Source: Octopus sinensis
Lineage: Eukaryota
NCBI RefSeq assembly: GCF_006345805.1
Contig: NC_043014.1
Span: forward strand, 46,252,001-46,316,000
Reading direction: 5' to 3'
Length of the DNA: 64,000 nt
Shown: positions 51,936 through 64,000 of the stretch, piece by piece
Layout of the letters: each line of letters begins with the position of its first letter
Position numbering within the stretch: position 1 is the first letter of the stretch
Notes under the pieces: model-generated
The model's database searches: none
What the model was told of the DNA's origin: nothing
The model's input: only the letters and a program-made list of their open reading frames with translations
Program-made: the position numbers and the translations under genes

Positions 51936-52015
51936 CTCTTACTTCTATAGCTATATAAAAAAAAAACAAAGATAGAAAACATAAATAAAAAAACATATAT
52001 ATTTCTCGTTCCCAG

Positions 52016-52285
52016 GTTTTTTCATCCCGGTTGTCTATTTGCCCGCATTGGCCCAGCAAATTGGCATGAACAGCCAGGAATCATCATACCTCGTGTCGGT
52101 CAGCGGTGTTACGAACATTGTTGGACGGCTACTCTCAGGTTTTCTGGCTGACCGTCCAGTCTTCGGTGCGCTACACATCAACAACACAGCACTCATAATG
52201 GTAGGATTGTGCACCATCTTCTGCCCGTTTCTCAAAGACAAGACCACGCTCAATATCTACAGCGGCATCTATGGTCTTGGAGTGG
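52016..52285 (+). CDS. SLC16 transporter coding exon 4
   Basis: CCCAG acceptor, GTAAG donor; (G)FFIPVVYLPALAQQIG...SVSGVTNIVGRLLSGFLADRP...YSGIYGLGV. Confidence 0.93.
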
Positions 52286-52597
52286 GTAAGTAGGGGACGG
52301 AGGTCCAATTGCCCCTTCTCCTCATTTCGTCTTTTCTTTTTATTGTTTGTTTTATTATGCTTTTATTCTTTTACTTGTTTAAAGTCATATGACTGCGGCC
52401 ATGCTGGAGCACCGCCTTTAATCGAAACTAATCGGCCCCCAGGACTTATTCTTTGTAAGCCTAGTACTTATTCTATCGGTGGTTCTAAGGTTCAAATACT
52501 TTCTTTTTTAAATTTTTTTTGTTTTTCCACTTTTTGTGATATTTAATTTAATTTTGCTTTTCTTTTCTTTTTTTTTTTTTTTGCTTTTTTTTTGCAG

Positions 52598-52723
52598 CTG
52601 CCTTTGTCTCACTGAGGTCCGTTTTACTTGTGGATCTACTCGGCTTGGGTCAACTGACCAAATCGTTTGGATTACTTACGCTTTTCCAAGGTATTGCCAC
52701 AATGGCAGGACTACCACTAGGAG
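52598..52723 (+). CDS. SLC16 transporter coding exon 5
   Basis: Poly-T GCAG acceptor, GTGAG donor; (A)AFVSLRSVLLVDLLGLGQLTKSFGLLTLFQGIATMAGLPLG. Confidence 0.93.
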
Positions 52724-52974
52724 GTGAGTGACCCTCTTCTCGTGATCTTTATTGGAAATAATTCTATGTTGTGTGTGTATGTATATATATATATATAATA
52801 TATATATTATATATATATTATATAATATATATATCACAAGAGCGGAATAGCCAGATGTGGATAGATAGACAGATAAAAAGGTGACCATTGAAATATATAT
52901 ATAAGTAGCAGAGAGAGGGCCAGAGGATAAAATATATAGATAGAGGTTTAAGAGTTGTGTATAAGATATATAAT

Positions 52975-52992
52975 AGATAAATATATATAAAC

Positions 52993-53035
<43 letters not shown>

Positions 53036-53602
53036 AATATACAATAGATAAATATACATAACAGATATATATATATACAAATATACAATAGATAAATATA
53101 CATAACAGATATTATATATACAACAAATATACAATAGATAAATATACATAACAGATATATATATATACAAATATACAATAGATAAATATACATAACAGAT
53201 ATATATATATACAAATATACAATAGATAAATATACATAACAGATATATATATATACAAATATACAATAGATAAATATACATAACAGATATATATATATAC
53301 AAATATACAATAGATAAATATACATAACAGATATATATATATATACAAATATACAATAGATAAAACAAATATAACAGATATATATATATACAAATATACA
53401 ATAGATAAATATCATCTATTCGCCAACATCATGATAAATATATATAAAAGATATATATATATACAAATATACAATAGATAAATATATATAACAGATATGT
53501 ATATATATATATATATACAATAGATAAATATATATAACAGATATATATATATATATATACTATAATATATATATATACAAATATACAATAGATAAATATA
53601 TG
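52975..53602. repeat. ~42-bp AT-rich minisatellite
   Basis: AATAGATAAATATACATAACAGA(TA)nCAAATATAC repeats. Confidence 0.9.
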
Positions 53603-54241
53603 TATCTATGTGTATATATATATAATATACACATCACACACACATACACACACACACACACACACACAATAGGTAAAGACATTTGGATATATAATAGCAG
53701 ATGGTTTAGATTGCCAGCGTGTTTCTCATTGGTTCACAAGTTCTTGGCTTATTTGCTCTGATGCCTTTGATGTAGACATAACTCCTGACATTGTTCTGTT
53801 TCTCATTTACCCTTCCAGTGCTAATTACCATTTTCCTTCATGCATACCACATAACCCCCTTATATAATAGATGTACCCATTTCCTATGATCTTGCTCCAT
53901 GTAGTCAACGAGGGAGCCTCTACATGGATACCCAAGCCTGCTAGAAATAGATGCCAAATCCCTTTCTAATTATATATAATCTTACTATCTTAAAAAAAAA
54001 AATATTGCGTGAATCTGGAAAATTTAAAAGAAAAAAAAAATGGAAATTGACAAGATGGTCAAGATTGAAATATCTTTGATCATACATATACGTGTTCTAC
54101 TCGAACAAGGTTGACCTGGGGCTAAACAGTAATGGTTGCTATAGCAACCCTACTTAATCCCTCGTTCCCTCATGCTTGTAATTGTTCGCCAACATCGCTA
54201 AGAATTTCGTCCGGCGCGCTAATGTTCTGCCAGCGCGCCTT

Positions 54242-54274
<33 letters not shown>

Positions 54275-55231
54275 ATATATATATATATATACTCGTTGCA
54301 TGTAAGCGAGTATGACCTGGTAACTTGTACTCTTCTTTCACTATCTATCTTAGGTGCCTGTCTTATCATGAGCAGACACAGATACCCTCTCAGCCATCCC
54401 ACCCTTGACCCAGCAGAACATTGAGGACATGACAGCTGGAAGTGACAAAGGGCCATGTCAGCTCTAGACTGGTTAGAATTTTCAGCTGAGCAGACTGGAG
54501 CAGTGTGAAATGAAATGTGCATTGCTGAAGTTCACAATGTGCTGCCCGGTCCTGGAATTGAACCTGTGGTCTTATGATCATGAGCACAACGTTCTAACCA
54601 CTAAGTTATGTGCTTGTGAAGGCATGTAACCTGGTCAAAGCATAGTCAGTCCACATTACCCCGTAAGGAGTATAGGGCTAGTTTCACTGACGTATATACT
54701 CCCCCCTGGATGGGATGCTAGTCCATCACAGGATTATTCTTTTTCCCCGGCTGAGTGGACTGGAGCAACAGAAAATATAGTGCTTTGACCAACAACACAT
54801 CGCCCAGTCCAGGAACTGAAACCACAATCTTACAATCATGAGTCCAACACCCCAACAAATACACCATACACCTCCACTGGTCAAAGCATAAGTTACCAAA
54901 ATGAATGGTGAAAATAGATGACCTCAAAGTAGTCCAAATCCAGTCTGGGACTATGTGCATCAAAGACCAGCAACTTGTGATGTTTTTACATGTTTTCATA
55001 TTTGCTCCATGGCCTACATGGTATATTAATTATATCATACCTTACATATAAAAATATCTTTGCATATCCATACCCCCACTTCAATCTCTGGTTGTATTTA
55101 TTATAAGCAAAAGTTAAACACAAAAGACAATCTAAAAGCCATCAACAATCCAGTGGCTCACAAATGTATTTGATTTGAAAAAGTTTTTCAAAAAAGTTTC
55201 CATGGCCCAAAGAGAATACCTCAGTGGTCCA

Positions 55232-55700
55232 TTAACCCTTTCGTTACCAACCCGGCTGAAACCAGTTCTAGCTCTGAGTACAAATGTCTTGTTTTCATAA
55301 GTGTTAAATTAAAATCTTCCACCAAACCTTAGTCACAATTTATGTTCCTAACACTAGCTTAATGATAACTAAGTTATTTTACTAAATTCTTTGTTATATT
55401 TAAAAGTAATTGAAAGAAACACAGAGCATCTCAAAATAAATACAGTAACGAATGGATTAAATATATAATAGAGAAATAATTCTTAACCCTTTTAATACCA
55501 ACCCAGCTGAAACCACTTCTGGCTCTGTAGTACAAATGTCTTGTTTTCATAAGTTTTAAATTGAAATCTTCCACCAAACCTTAGTCACAATTTATGTTCC
55601 TAACACTAGCTGAATGATAACTAAGTTATTTTATTAAATTCTTTGTTATATGTAAAGTAATTGAAAGAAACACAGAGCATCTCAAAATAAATACAGTAAC
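55232..55700. mobile_element. piggyBac-like MITE dimer, reverse orientation
   Basis: Reverse complement of 18648-19110, including the linker. Confidence 0.75.
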
Positions 55701-56019
55701 GGACTCAGCTACTGCCAACCCACTTGTATATATATCCAGGATAAAGACACCTGGCAGTGATCAAAGATCAAACCAATTGAAATATATTTTGAAAATGTAA
55801 ATTTGAAGAACTGTTCAATCGCTAGAGATGGAGTTGATAATCTGAACAATTGTAATCTTATTAACAAGACCTCATGTCAGGCATTTAGATGCTTAATTCG
55901 AAGAAAAAAAATGGTTTTTGGTTTGACTTCATGATGGGACTATGTACAAATCCAGTAGTAAGACATCTAGTGATGATGATGATGATAGATAAAACCCATT
56001 TTAAATGTAGTGTAACTTC

Positions 56020-56572
56020 AGTAGGGAGGGAGAGGGCAATACCTCTGTAAGGAGGGGCTATAATAAGACCACTGTGGGGAGGATCAAAATGCTGTAGGAA
56101 AAGATTTTGGTATTGCCATTGTGGGGTGGGACCTTGAGAATAGCCCTTCATGGAGGGAGCTTGATAATGCCACTGTGAGGAAGGACTTTGAGAATACCAC
56201 AATATCACTTTGAGGAGGGACCTTGATAATGCTAAATTGAGGAGGGACTTTGAGAAATGCCACTGTGGGAGGGTCCTCTCTGTGGGGAGGGACCTTGAGA
56301 ATACCACTTTAAGGAGTGACTTTGAGAATGCCACTGTGGGGAGGGTCCTTGAGAATGTCTCTGTGGGGAGGGTCCTTGAGAATGTCTCTGTTCTCTGTGG
56401 GGAGGGTCCTTGAGAATGCTGCTTTGAGGAGGGACCTTGAGAATGTCACTGTGGGGAGGGTCCTTGAGAATATCTCTGTGGGGAGGATCCTTGTAAATGC
56501 CACTCTGAGGGTGGATCTTAATAATATCTCAGTGGGGAGGGACCTTGATATTACCTCAGTGGGGAGGGCCCT
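56020..56572. repeat. ~25-bp G-rich minisatellite
   Basis: CTGTGGGGAGGG(T/A)CCTTGAGAATG(T/C)C units, degenerate at the ends. Confidence 0.9.
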
Positions 56573-58883
56573 AAGAACCTTAAGAATGCTTCTTATGCTT
56601 CAATGTTTTTTTTTTTTGTTTTGTTTTTCCCTCACTTCCTTTTCTATAATTTATTACTTTAGAGTTGAAATACCTAAGTGAGTAAAAATGCTGTCCCCTT
56701 ATCATAAGATTGTGAAATCAAATGCCCTGCAGATATTTTATCATGTTTCTGAGCAAAGATCTTTTAGCATATACTGCTTTATGTGCTTTGGTTGCTAGTG
56801 GAAAAGCAAGCAAGATCACCTCCTTTTAGTGTCACTAGCACCTGGGGCTAATGAGGTAAGGTGTCAATAATTCAAAGGATTCTCCTTCAGCACAGACCAA
56901 CTTAATTTATCGACCCCGAAAGGATGAAAGGCTAAGTCGACGTCGGTGGAATTTGAACTCAGAACGTTAAGACAGACGTGGGTAAGTTTGAAAGAACTTT
57001 AAAAGACGGCGAACTGGCAGAAACGTTAGCACACCGGGCGTAATACGTAGCGGTATTTTGTCTGTCTTAACGTTCTGAGTTCAAATTCCGCCGACGTCGA
57101 CTTAGCCTTTCATCCTTTCAGGGTCGATAAATTAAGTTGGTCTGCGACTTCAAGTAGCAGTTCTCCATTCTCTTGTCAATAGAGTGTAGATGGAGCATAG
57201 AGAAGAATAGGGAACTATTGGGTACAGTTTAAATAAAAAGAAACAGGAGATGGAAGAAAAAGAGTGGTTAACAGTATGCACTCAAACAACAGGCAAATAC
57301 AGGTATATCAAATACTATACAACATAAAATTTTCGTTTATTAAAACGATATCTGCATTTAGAGAATATATCACTATTACCAAATGGTAATTAAGACAAGC
57401 TCTGTGTATGAGAAGAGACAACCCTAAGAACCAAGTACTCTCCAAAGCTAACATGCCATTAAGAAAAGGGACAGGCCCACTGTCTTGAGACCAGAGGAGA
57501 GTTGTGGACAAGTGTCTCTGGCCCAACAGCTGCTATCAGCATAATTGTCCAACCTTATCTATAGCAGCCAAGGGAACTCAACCGATACAAAAAGAGCAGA
57601 ACCCATGCACATAAAAAGCACCATCCGATCGTGGCCATTTGCCAGCCTCCCTTGGCACCTGTGCTGGTGGCACATAAAAAGCGCCATCTAATCGTGGCCA
57701 TTTGCCAGCCTCGTCTGGCACCTGTGCCGATGGCACGTAAAAAGCACCCACTACACTCACGGAGTGGTTGGCGTTAGGAACACTGCCAGATCAGACTGGA
57801 GCCTGGTGCAACCTCCTGGCTTCCCAGACCCCAGTTGAACCGTCCAACCCATGCTAGCAGGGAAAGCGGATGCTAAACGATGATGATGATGATGATGTGG
57901 GCAAGTTTGAAAGAACTGTTGAACACAGACATTTTATTCTTTTGCCTGTGACAGCGTCAATATAACCAAACTCCACTTTGAGAGTAAGATGAGAAGAAGG
58001 ACCTTTGCTAGTCCAGTAAATTTTCTGAAAGGCGGGTGAGGGTAGTAAGGGAGTGGAGTAGGTCCAAAAGAATCGACCTACTCGTTGCATGTACTTACAG
58101 CTCAGAGAACACAACTGGACTTATCCTTGATAGCCAGAGTAACCTTGGTTCTGTACGGTTCCTTAGTTCATTGTAGGTGACCATTCTTTTAGTGGGATCT
58201 CCTCATTTCATGTCTGCTATTATTTTCCATGGCCTCTTTCTCTTTTACACTATGGATTTTGTATTTCAAGATTTCAAATCTTCCCACAGTCAGCTTTAGC
58301 ATTCACCCTTCCAGGTCAATAAAATAAAGCACTGTAAAAGCTGGAGTTGGTTTAATTGACTAAACCCTACCTCCTGTCAAATTTCTGGACTTAAACTTAT
58401 TATTAAAAATTGCCACAGACTTTATTATTTTTATCATTAAAATCGGTTGTTGTTCAGTCTGTTTTTTTTTTAAGAGTAGTATAAGGGTAGAATTGGTAGA
58501 AACTCACAAAATTTAGATATGTTCCCTTAATATTTTCTGAGATCAAACCCTGCTGATGTCAACTTAGAATGCTACCTTCCCCAGGTTAATAAAATACAGT
58601 ACCAGTCCCACTCAAGTACTGACAGGGTCAATATAACCAACTGTCAAGCCCTTTTTTGACCCCCCCCCCTCAAAATTAAGGACTTTGTGTTTATGTCAGA
58701 AACCTGTTATCATCCAAAACCCCATTTTTTTAACTTACTATTTTTTGTTTTATATTTTATTTTATTTTATTTTTTTTATTATTATTTATTTGTCTTTTGG
58801 CACCCGGGCGTTGGAATGCTGTGGCGCTACACTAAGTGTCGGATAATCTGGATTAGTTATCGTCTAAATTTGTTCCCTTGCAG

Positions 58884-59119
58884 GTTACCTCGAAGATATT
58901 ACAGGAGATGTGAACGCCACTTTTTATATGAGCGGCGTGATGCTGACATTGTCAGGTGTGATCTCGCTCCCGCTCAACCGACTGAAGAAGTGGCAAGAGC
59001 AACGCGACCAAGGCAGCCCCGAAGAGGAGCCGATCAATGACCAAGAGGCCAAAACTGCGAGCCCGTCAGACAGCGGTGTCAGCGAATTATTTAAGACCGA
59101 GGAGTTTGTACAGAATTAG
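58884..59119 (+). CDS. SLC16 transporter coding exon 6 (last; total CDS 2145 nt, 714 aa)
   Basis: TTGCAG acceptor; (G)YLEDITGDVNATFYMSGVMLTLSGVISLPLNRLKKWQEQR...EFVQN-TAG. All five introns are phase 1. Confidence 0.9.
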
Positions 59120-59518
59120 AGAGTACTCCTTGTTTCTGTTTTTTTTTTTATCTATTTTGTTTTACGAATACCAGGTATTCTTTCATTCTTCAGCCTTAGC
59201 ATTTTGGTAAATGGGTGGGGGGGCTTAATAGTAATTGTATTGGTGGTGGTGGTCGTGGTGATTCTAATAACGGTGATGGTGATGTTTTAAGATTACCAAG
59301 TTTTAAGATTCCTAGAATGTGAAAGAGAAAGGTGTGTGTATGTGTACTGGGCTTAAGTCATTCATTTAAAATTCTTCAAGGCCATGGCCATGCTGGGGCA
59401 CAGCCTAATCACTGAAAGAAGTAAAAGAAAGATCCCTTCACCAAATCTTGTTAAGTCATTATTTTTGATGTTTCAATGGTCTGTACAAAAGGCTTGATAT
59501 GTTGTGGCTTATGATGCA

Positions 59519-59835
59519 TCGAGACATTGTGAGGTTGCAGCATCTTGGATGTGCATCAGGTGCAGCCACTCTCCATCCTGCACGTTTCCCCACAGTTTGT
59601 CTCTGTGGTAGGGCTCCAGGCCTGGGCCAAACAAAACCAAGACAGAGCACCTGGCATCTGGAGTATTGTTAGGGGCTCGAGACATTGTGAGGTGCAGCAT
59701 CTCGGATGTGCATCAGGTGCAGTCGCTCTCCATCCTGCACGTTTCCTCACAGTTTGTCTCTGTGGTAGGGCTCCAGGCCTGGGCCAAACAAAACCAAGAC
59801 AGAGCACTTGGCATCTGGGGTATTGTTAGGGGCTC
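59519..59835. repeat. ~159-bp tandem duplication downstream of the SLC16 stop
   Basis: CGAGACATTGTGAGG...TATTGTTAGGGGCT occurs twice. Confidence 0.9.
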
Positions 59836-62800
59836 ACAGACCCCCTTACCAGTCAAGCAGGCAATATGACTAGTGGGACTTCCATGTTAGCATTCTGAAG
59901 ACCAGTGGTGGGGAAGAATGACCAATGTCCTTGGAGAAACTCTGAGTGTCATTGCAAATCAATTAATTAATTGGCTCGTCTATTCTGGAAGGATTTTCAT
60001 GCCCAAGGATTCTTAACTTTCAGAACTTCCTCCTCTGGTTATGCTACCGAGGAGCATTGCTGGTTCAAGATAAACTCTACAGGCAAAGAAATACTGTCAG
60101 CAGGGAGCCTATCTGAGATGTACAAAGTGACAAAACCATTCTGTCTCACCTTTCATCAATGTTTGAAGCATTACTGACTTGTGGGGTTTTGCTGAACTGC
60201 TGCCATCACATGTGGACAAAATTCAGTTACAAATAGACATTCACTTAGCATTCACTTAGTATTCACTTAGCATTCACTTAGCATTCACTTGCAAGTTTTA
60301 GAATGTCCATTTTGAGCTCAGAACCTATTGCGATGCTTGTTGTTATTTAGTTCCAGTTCGGCTTTGATCAAACTGACCTATGATTAAAAGGCATTCCAGC
60401 CATGACTCTCCCATCTTTTTCTGTATGTGTAGGGAACCTAGGACTGCATTTTCCAATGTATCTTTTTTTTTTCTAAGATGGGTGAGATTACAATTGAGGG
60501 AGATTTGACTGCTGTTTCTAGTAGGTTGTGTGACCACATAGACGTCCCCCGTTGCTTTGAGTTCAGTTTCTGTCATGTAGAATGGTGGTATTACCATCAC
60601 AATTCTACAACACAGATACTGACCTCCAGTAATGCTTGTCTTGTTGCTTTTTGTATATGATGCCTTCATATTCTTTAGTATAAATACAAGTAAAACCTAA
60701 AACCCAGTTTTCAGCTACATGATGACAGTTGATAATAGAAAGCAAGAAGAAACATTATGAATTTAAATCCTATCATGGTTATTTGTCAATCAGGGGTCAG
60801 TATAAATAGGGACCAATAAACAGAGGGGTCAGTTCTGTTGACTATAGTGAGCCCTTTTAAGATTTGAACTTATGGCTTAAGATTTGAACTTATTAAAATA
60901 ATAATAAATATGCCCTTTTAAAGCCTAGCCAGGCACATGGCCCTGGTTTCCAGGTTTCAAGGGCGTATGTGTTCCCTAGCTGGACGGGACGCCAGTCCAT
61001 CGCAGCGTTACTCATTTTTGCCAGCTGAGTAGACTGGAGCAACGTGAAATGAAGTGTTTTGCTCAAGAACACAATGTGTTGCCCAGTCTAGGTATCGAAA
61101 CCACAACCTTACGATCATGATGCTGACACCCTAACCATTAAGCCACGCGCCTCCACAGTAAATTATTAAGTGTAGGGAATAGTTTTAACATTTGAATTAA
61201 CAGTCATAAATGAGTGACTATTTGTGTGAATTAATATATACTAAGATGTTTACAAGCGTGATTGTTGCCAGAGCACCAAACTGGCCTTTGTGCCGGTGGC
61301 ACGTAAAAAGCACCATTCAAGCGTGATCATTACCTGCGTCGCCTTACTGGCACTTGTGCTGGTGGCACATGAAAAAACAGTTGGCACATAAAGAGTTCCA
61401 TTTGAGCATGGCCGTTGCCAGTACAGCCTGACTGGCCCTCATGCTGGTGGCACATAAAAGCACCCACTATACTCTCGGAGTGGTTGATGTTAGGAAGGGC
61501 ATCCAGCTGTAGAAACTGCGCCACATCAGATTGGAGCCTGTACATACCCACCTCCTATTATTTTTGTGTATGTTTTCCATACTGACATATAAGTTGGACA
61601 GGCTGGAGGATCATACTCCAGTCTCAGTTATTAGCATGGTTTCTTTGGTTGGGTACCCTTCCTAACAACAACCACTTCAAAGTGTGCACTGGGTGGATTT
61701 CATTCTGGCCCTAGCACCAGAAATGTTGTCATACCCCCAGCATGACTTAGTCGTCTTCTTGACTCTATTGTTACCACTGTTCGATATGCCAACTACTTTG
61801 AAGTGTGTACCGGGTGCATTTTGTTGTGGCAGCAGCCCTAACCAGGTGCCTTGTACTTCTGCAGGATTAAATCGCTCACCTTACTCTAACAGTGTGAGAG
61901 ATGACATAAGCTGGGTGTAGGGTGGGATGGTAAGAGGCATGGAAGTGCGACAGGAGGAACAGTGCTGTTAGTGAAAGAAGGTGGAAGAGAAGAGAGAGAG
62001 AGAGAGAAAATCGTAGAAGAGACAGTGCTTAGGAGGAGGGTAATGGCAGAGAAATAGTGATGGGAACTACATGTTTGGTGGCATTCAGGTGTTTGGTTGA
62101 TGGGAGGTTGTAGAAAGTAGCGATGGTAAGCCGGGAGGTGATGTATGCCGTTGATAAGAAAATTAGAGGGAAGGAGGGATGAAAGGATGGTGAAGTGAAA
62201 ATCTCCCCTCCCGTCCCTTTCCCAAATTATTGCGATAAGGATGAGAGTTTTGTGGATGGTGACAAGAGTGAGCTGAAAGAGATCCAGTTGCTATCCTATG
62301 TCATATACAGGTGACATGGCGCAGTGAATGTAAGGGCAAATGATAGTAAAAGAGAGGAGAGGGTGTCAAGGAGGCAGAGGGGCAGTTGCGAAAGGGTGGA
62401 TGACAGATTAGCAAGAGGGTGTCGTAGAGACAGATTGGTGGTGGTTGAGGGTGAGTAGAGGCAGGGTGGCTGTTGTTGAGAGCAACTCGGCCTTCATCAC
62501 TACCTCTGTTTTCATGTTCCCATCACCATCCATGTTCAGGAAGGAACTGCATATTGTTAATTGTCACAGCCCCTTATCTCTTTCGTGAGTCTCAGCATCT
62601 CAAGATCAGTCTTCATCACTTTGTCTCATGGCCTCCTTGGCCTCACTCATCCCTAGTTTCCATCTACTTTGAGCACTCAGCACTTTTATATATATATATT
62701 TAAATATACATATTAGAGGGAAACCACTATGTGGACACCCATATGCTGGAAATAGATCCACTTTGGTCTTACCACTAAGAAATGTTCTCAAGAAAAATTT

Positions 62801-63059
62801 AGCAAAACAACCAAAGCGTAATCGAGCGAGACAAAAGAAAAAGCAATAAAAATAATTTTTTCTTGAGAACATTTCTTAGTGGTAAGACCATAGCAGATCT
62901 ATTTCTAGCATATGGGTATCCACATAGTGGTTTTCCTCTAATATTTATATAATACAATTTTACTGAACCTTCAGTTTTTTTATATGCTAGACCACTGGTG
63001 TGAAATCGATGTTAATTAAATTAATATCTAATTTCTCACCCTCATTTTAAATTTATATT

Positions 63060-63090
<31 letters not shown>

Positions 63091-63720
63091 ATGCATATAT
63101 AATACTGCTGTCATTCTTACACATCATAAGCCCATACCAATGTAGTTTTTCTTTCCCCTCTTGCACATGACTTCATATTCCTCTAGTATCTAGTTTTTGT
63201 CTCAGTCCGTTCCTACACCATTGTCCATGCATACTGATTGTACACTTCTACACTTCCTGTAGTGCAAGTCTGTCTCGTTTCTTCCCCGTCTTCACAAACC
63301 CTCGGTATTCAAGGGCCACAATTTCACTCCGTGCGGCATTGCACCTCGTACATAAGCATCATAACCCTTCCCTTCACTCTGTCAAAGAAACCCTTTGTTA
63401 TCAGCAGATGCAAAAAGCTCTTTGAAAATTTCTTCTCTCCATCCCATTCTTACTATAGTTACTATGCTTTTCGGTACACCTAATTCCACTGCTAATTATG
63501 TCACCTGGGTGACACAAGCCATCTGTTAATTCTAAAGAGCTACCTTTGCATTTGAGAAAACCTCTTACACCTGTGCTCTTAATAATTACTAGACTTATGC
63601 ATATGCTACATATGAATTCTGTTTACACTATTAGCAGCCTGGTTGTGAACCCTTTGTATATACTGTCTACTGTGTGTGTGTGTGTGTATGCATACATATT
63701 TACATATGAATATGTTTGTT

Positions 63721-63760
<40 letters not shown>

Positions 63761-64000
63761 TACATACATACATACATTATGGCTGCCCCCTCGTTATCGA
63801 GTATGGCCATTGCACGAAGCTTAACTGTTATTGGTGCTGTGATTGAATGTGACTTTTTAACCCAGCTAAAGATCTACAATGTCTTGTACAAAATTGGCAA
63901 CTAAAACCTTTACTGGTAATAGCTGGCTGTAGTTGTAACTACAGCTACATACATACATACATACACATATTCATATATGTATGTATGTATTTGAAGTGTA

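Noticed and set aside
50595-52059. His/Thr/Pro-rich ORFs
   Set aside because: Compound CAC minisatellite within SLC16 intron 3, which has clean splice sites on both sides.
56020-56572. G-quadruplex array or coding repeat
   Set aside because: Only two G-runs per 25-bp unit with long loops; an ordinary intronic minisatellite.
57308-58114. Possible Penelope GIY-YIG remnant (minus strand, SDIFSKCRYR)
   Set aside because: Only a short motif resemblance; not supportable without a profile search.
59890-59956. Possible hammerhead in the SLC16 3' region (CTGAAGA...GAAACTCTGAGTG)
   Set aside because: Stem I does not pair next to the core and the cleavage position would be G; too degenerate to call.

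Overview
Eukaryotic, AT-rich, microsatellite- and SINE-saturated animal DNA. The repeat landscape suggests an octopus or other cephalopod genome, which is an inference and was not checked. Three protein-coding genes could be reconstructed by hand. (1) The 5' part of CFAP91/MAATS1 on the minus strand has 8 coding exons (22028 to 2671) and continues past the window start; an RFX X-box lies upstream. (2) An intronless NDFIP (Nedd4-family interacting protein) gene at 27337-29379 (+) carries a ~450-aa low-complexity N-terminal extension and is divergent from CFAP91. (3) A 6-coding-exon SLC16/monocarboxylate transporter lies at 45453-59119 (+, 714 aa). The rest is tRNA-derived SINEs (at least four modular types), RTE and CR1 LINE fragments, Helitron, hAT, piggyBac and Tc1-type non-autonomous elements, minisatellites and a 100-N gap. 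The most notable hidden signal is a set of minimal type I hammerhead ribozyme motifs in Penelope-like/retrozyme-like repeats, mostly flanked by (TA)n. They include tandem pairs and a G3:C8 core-swapped variant, and are mostly antisense to the host gene.
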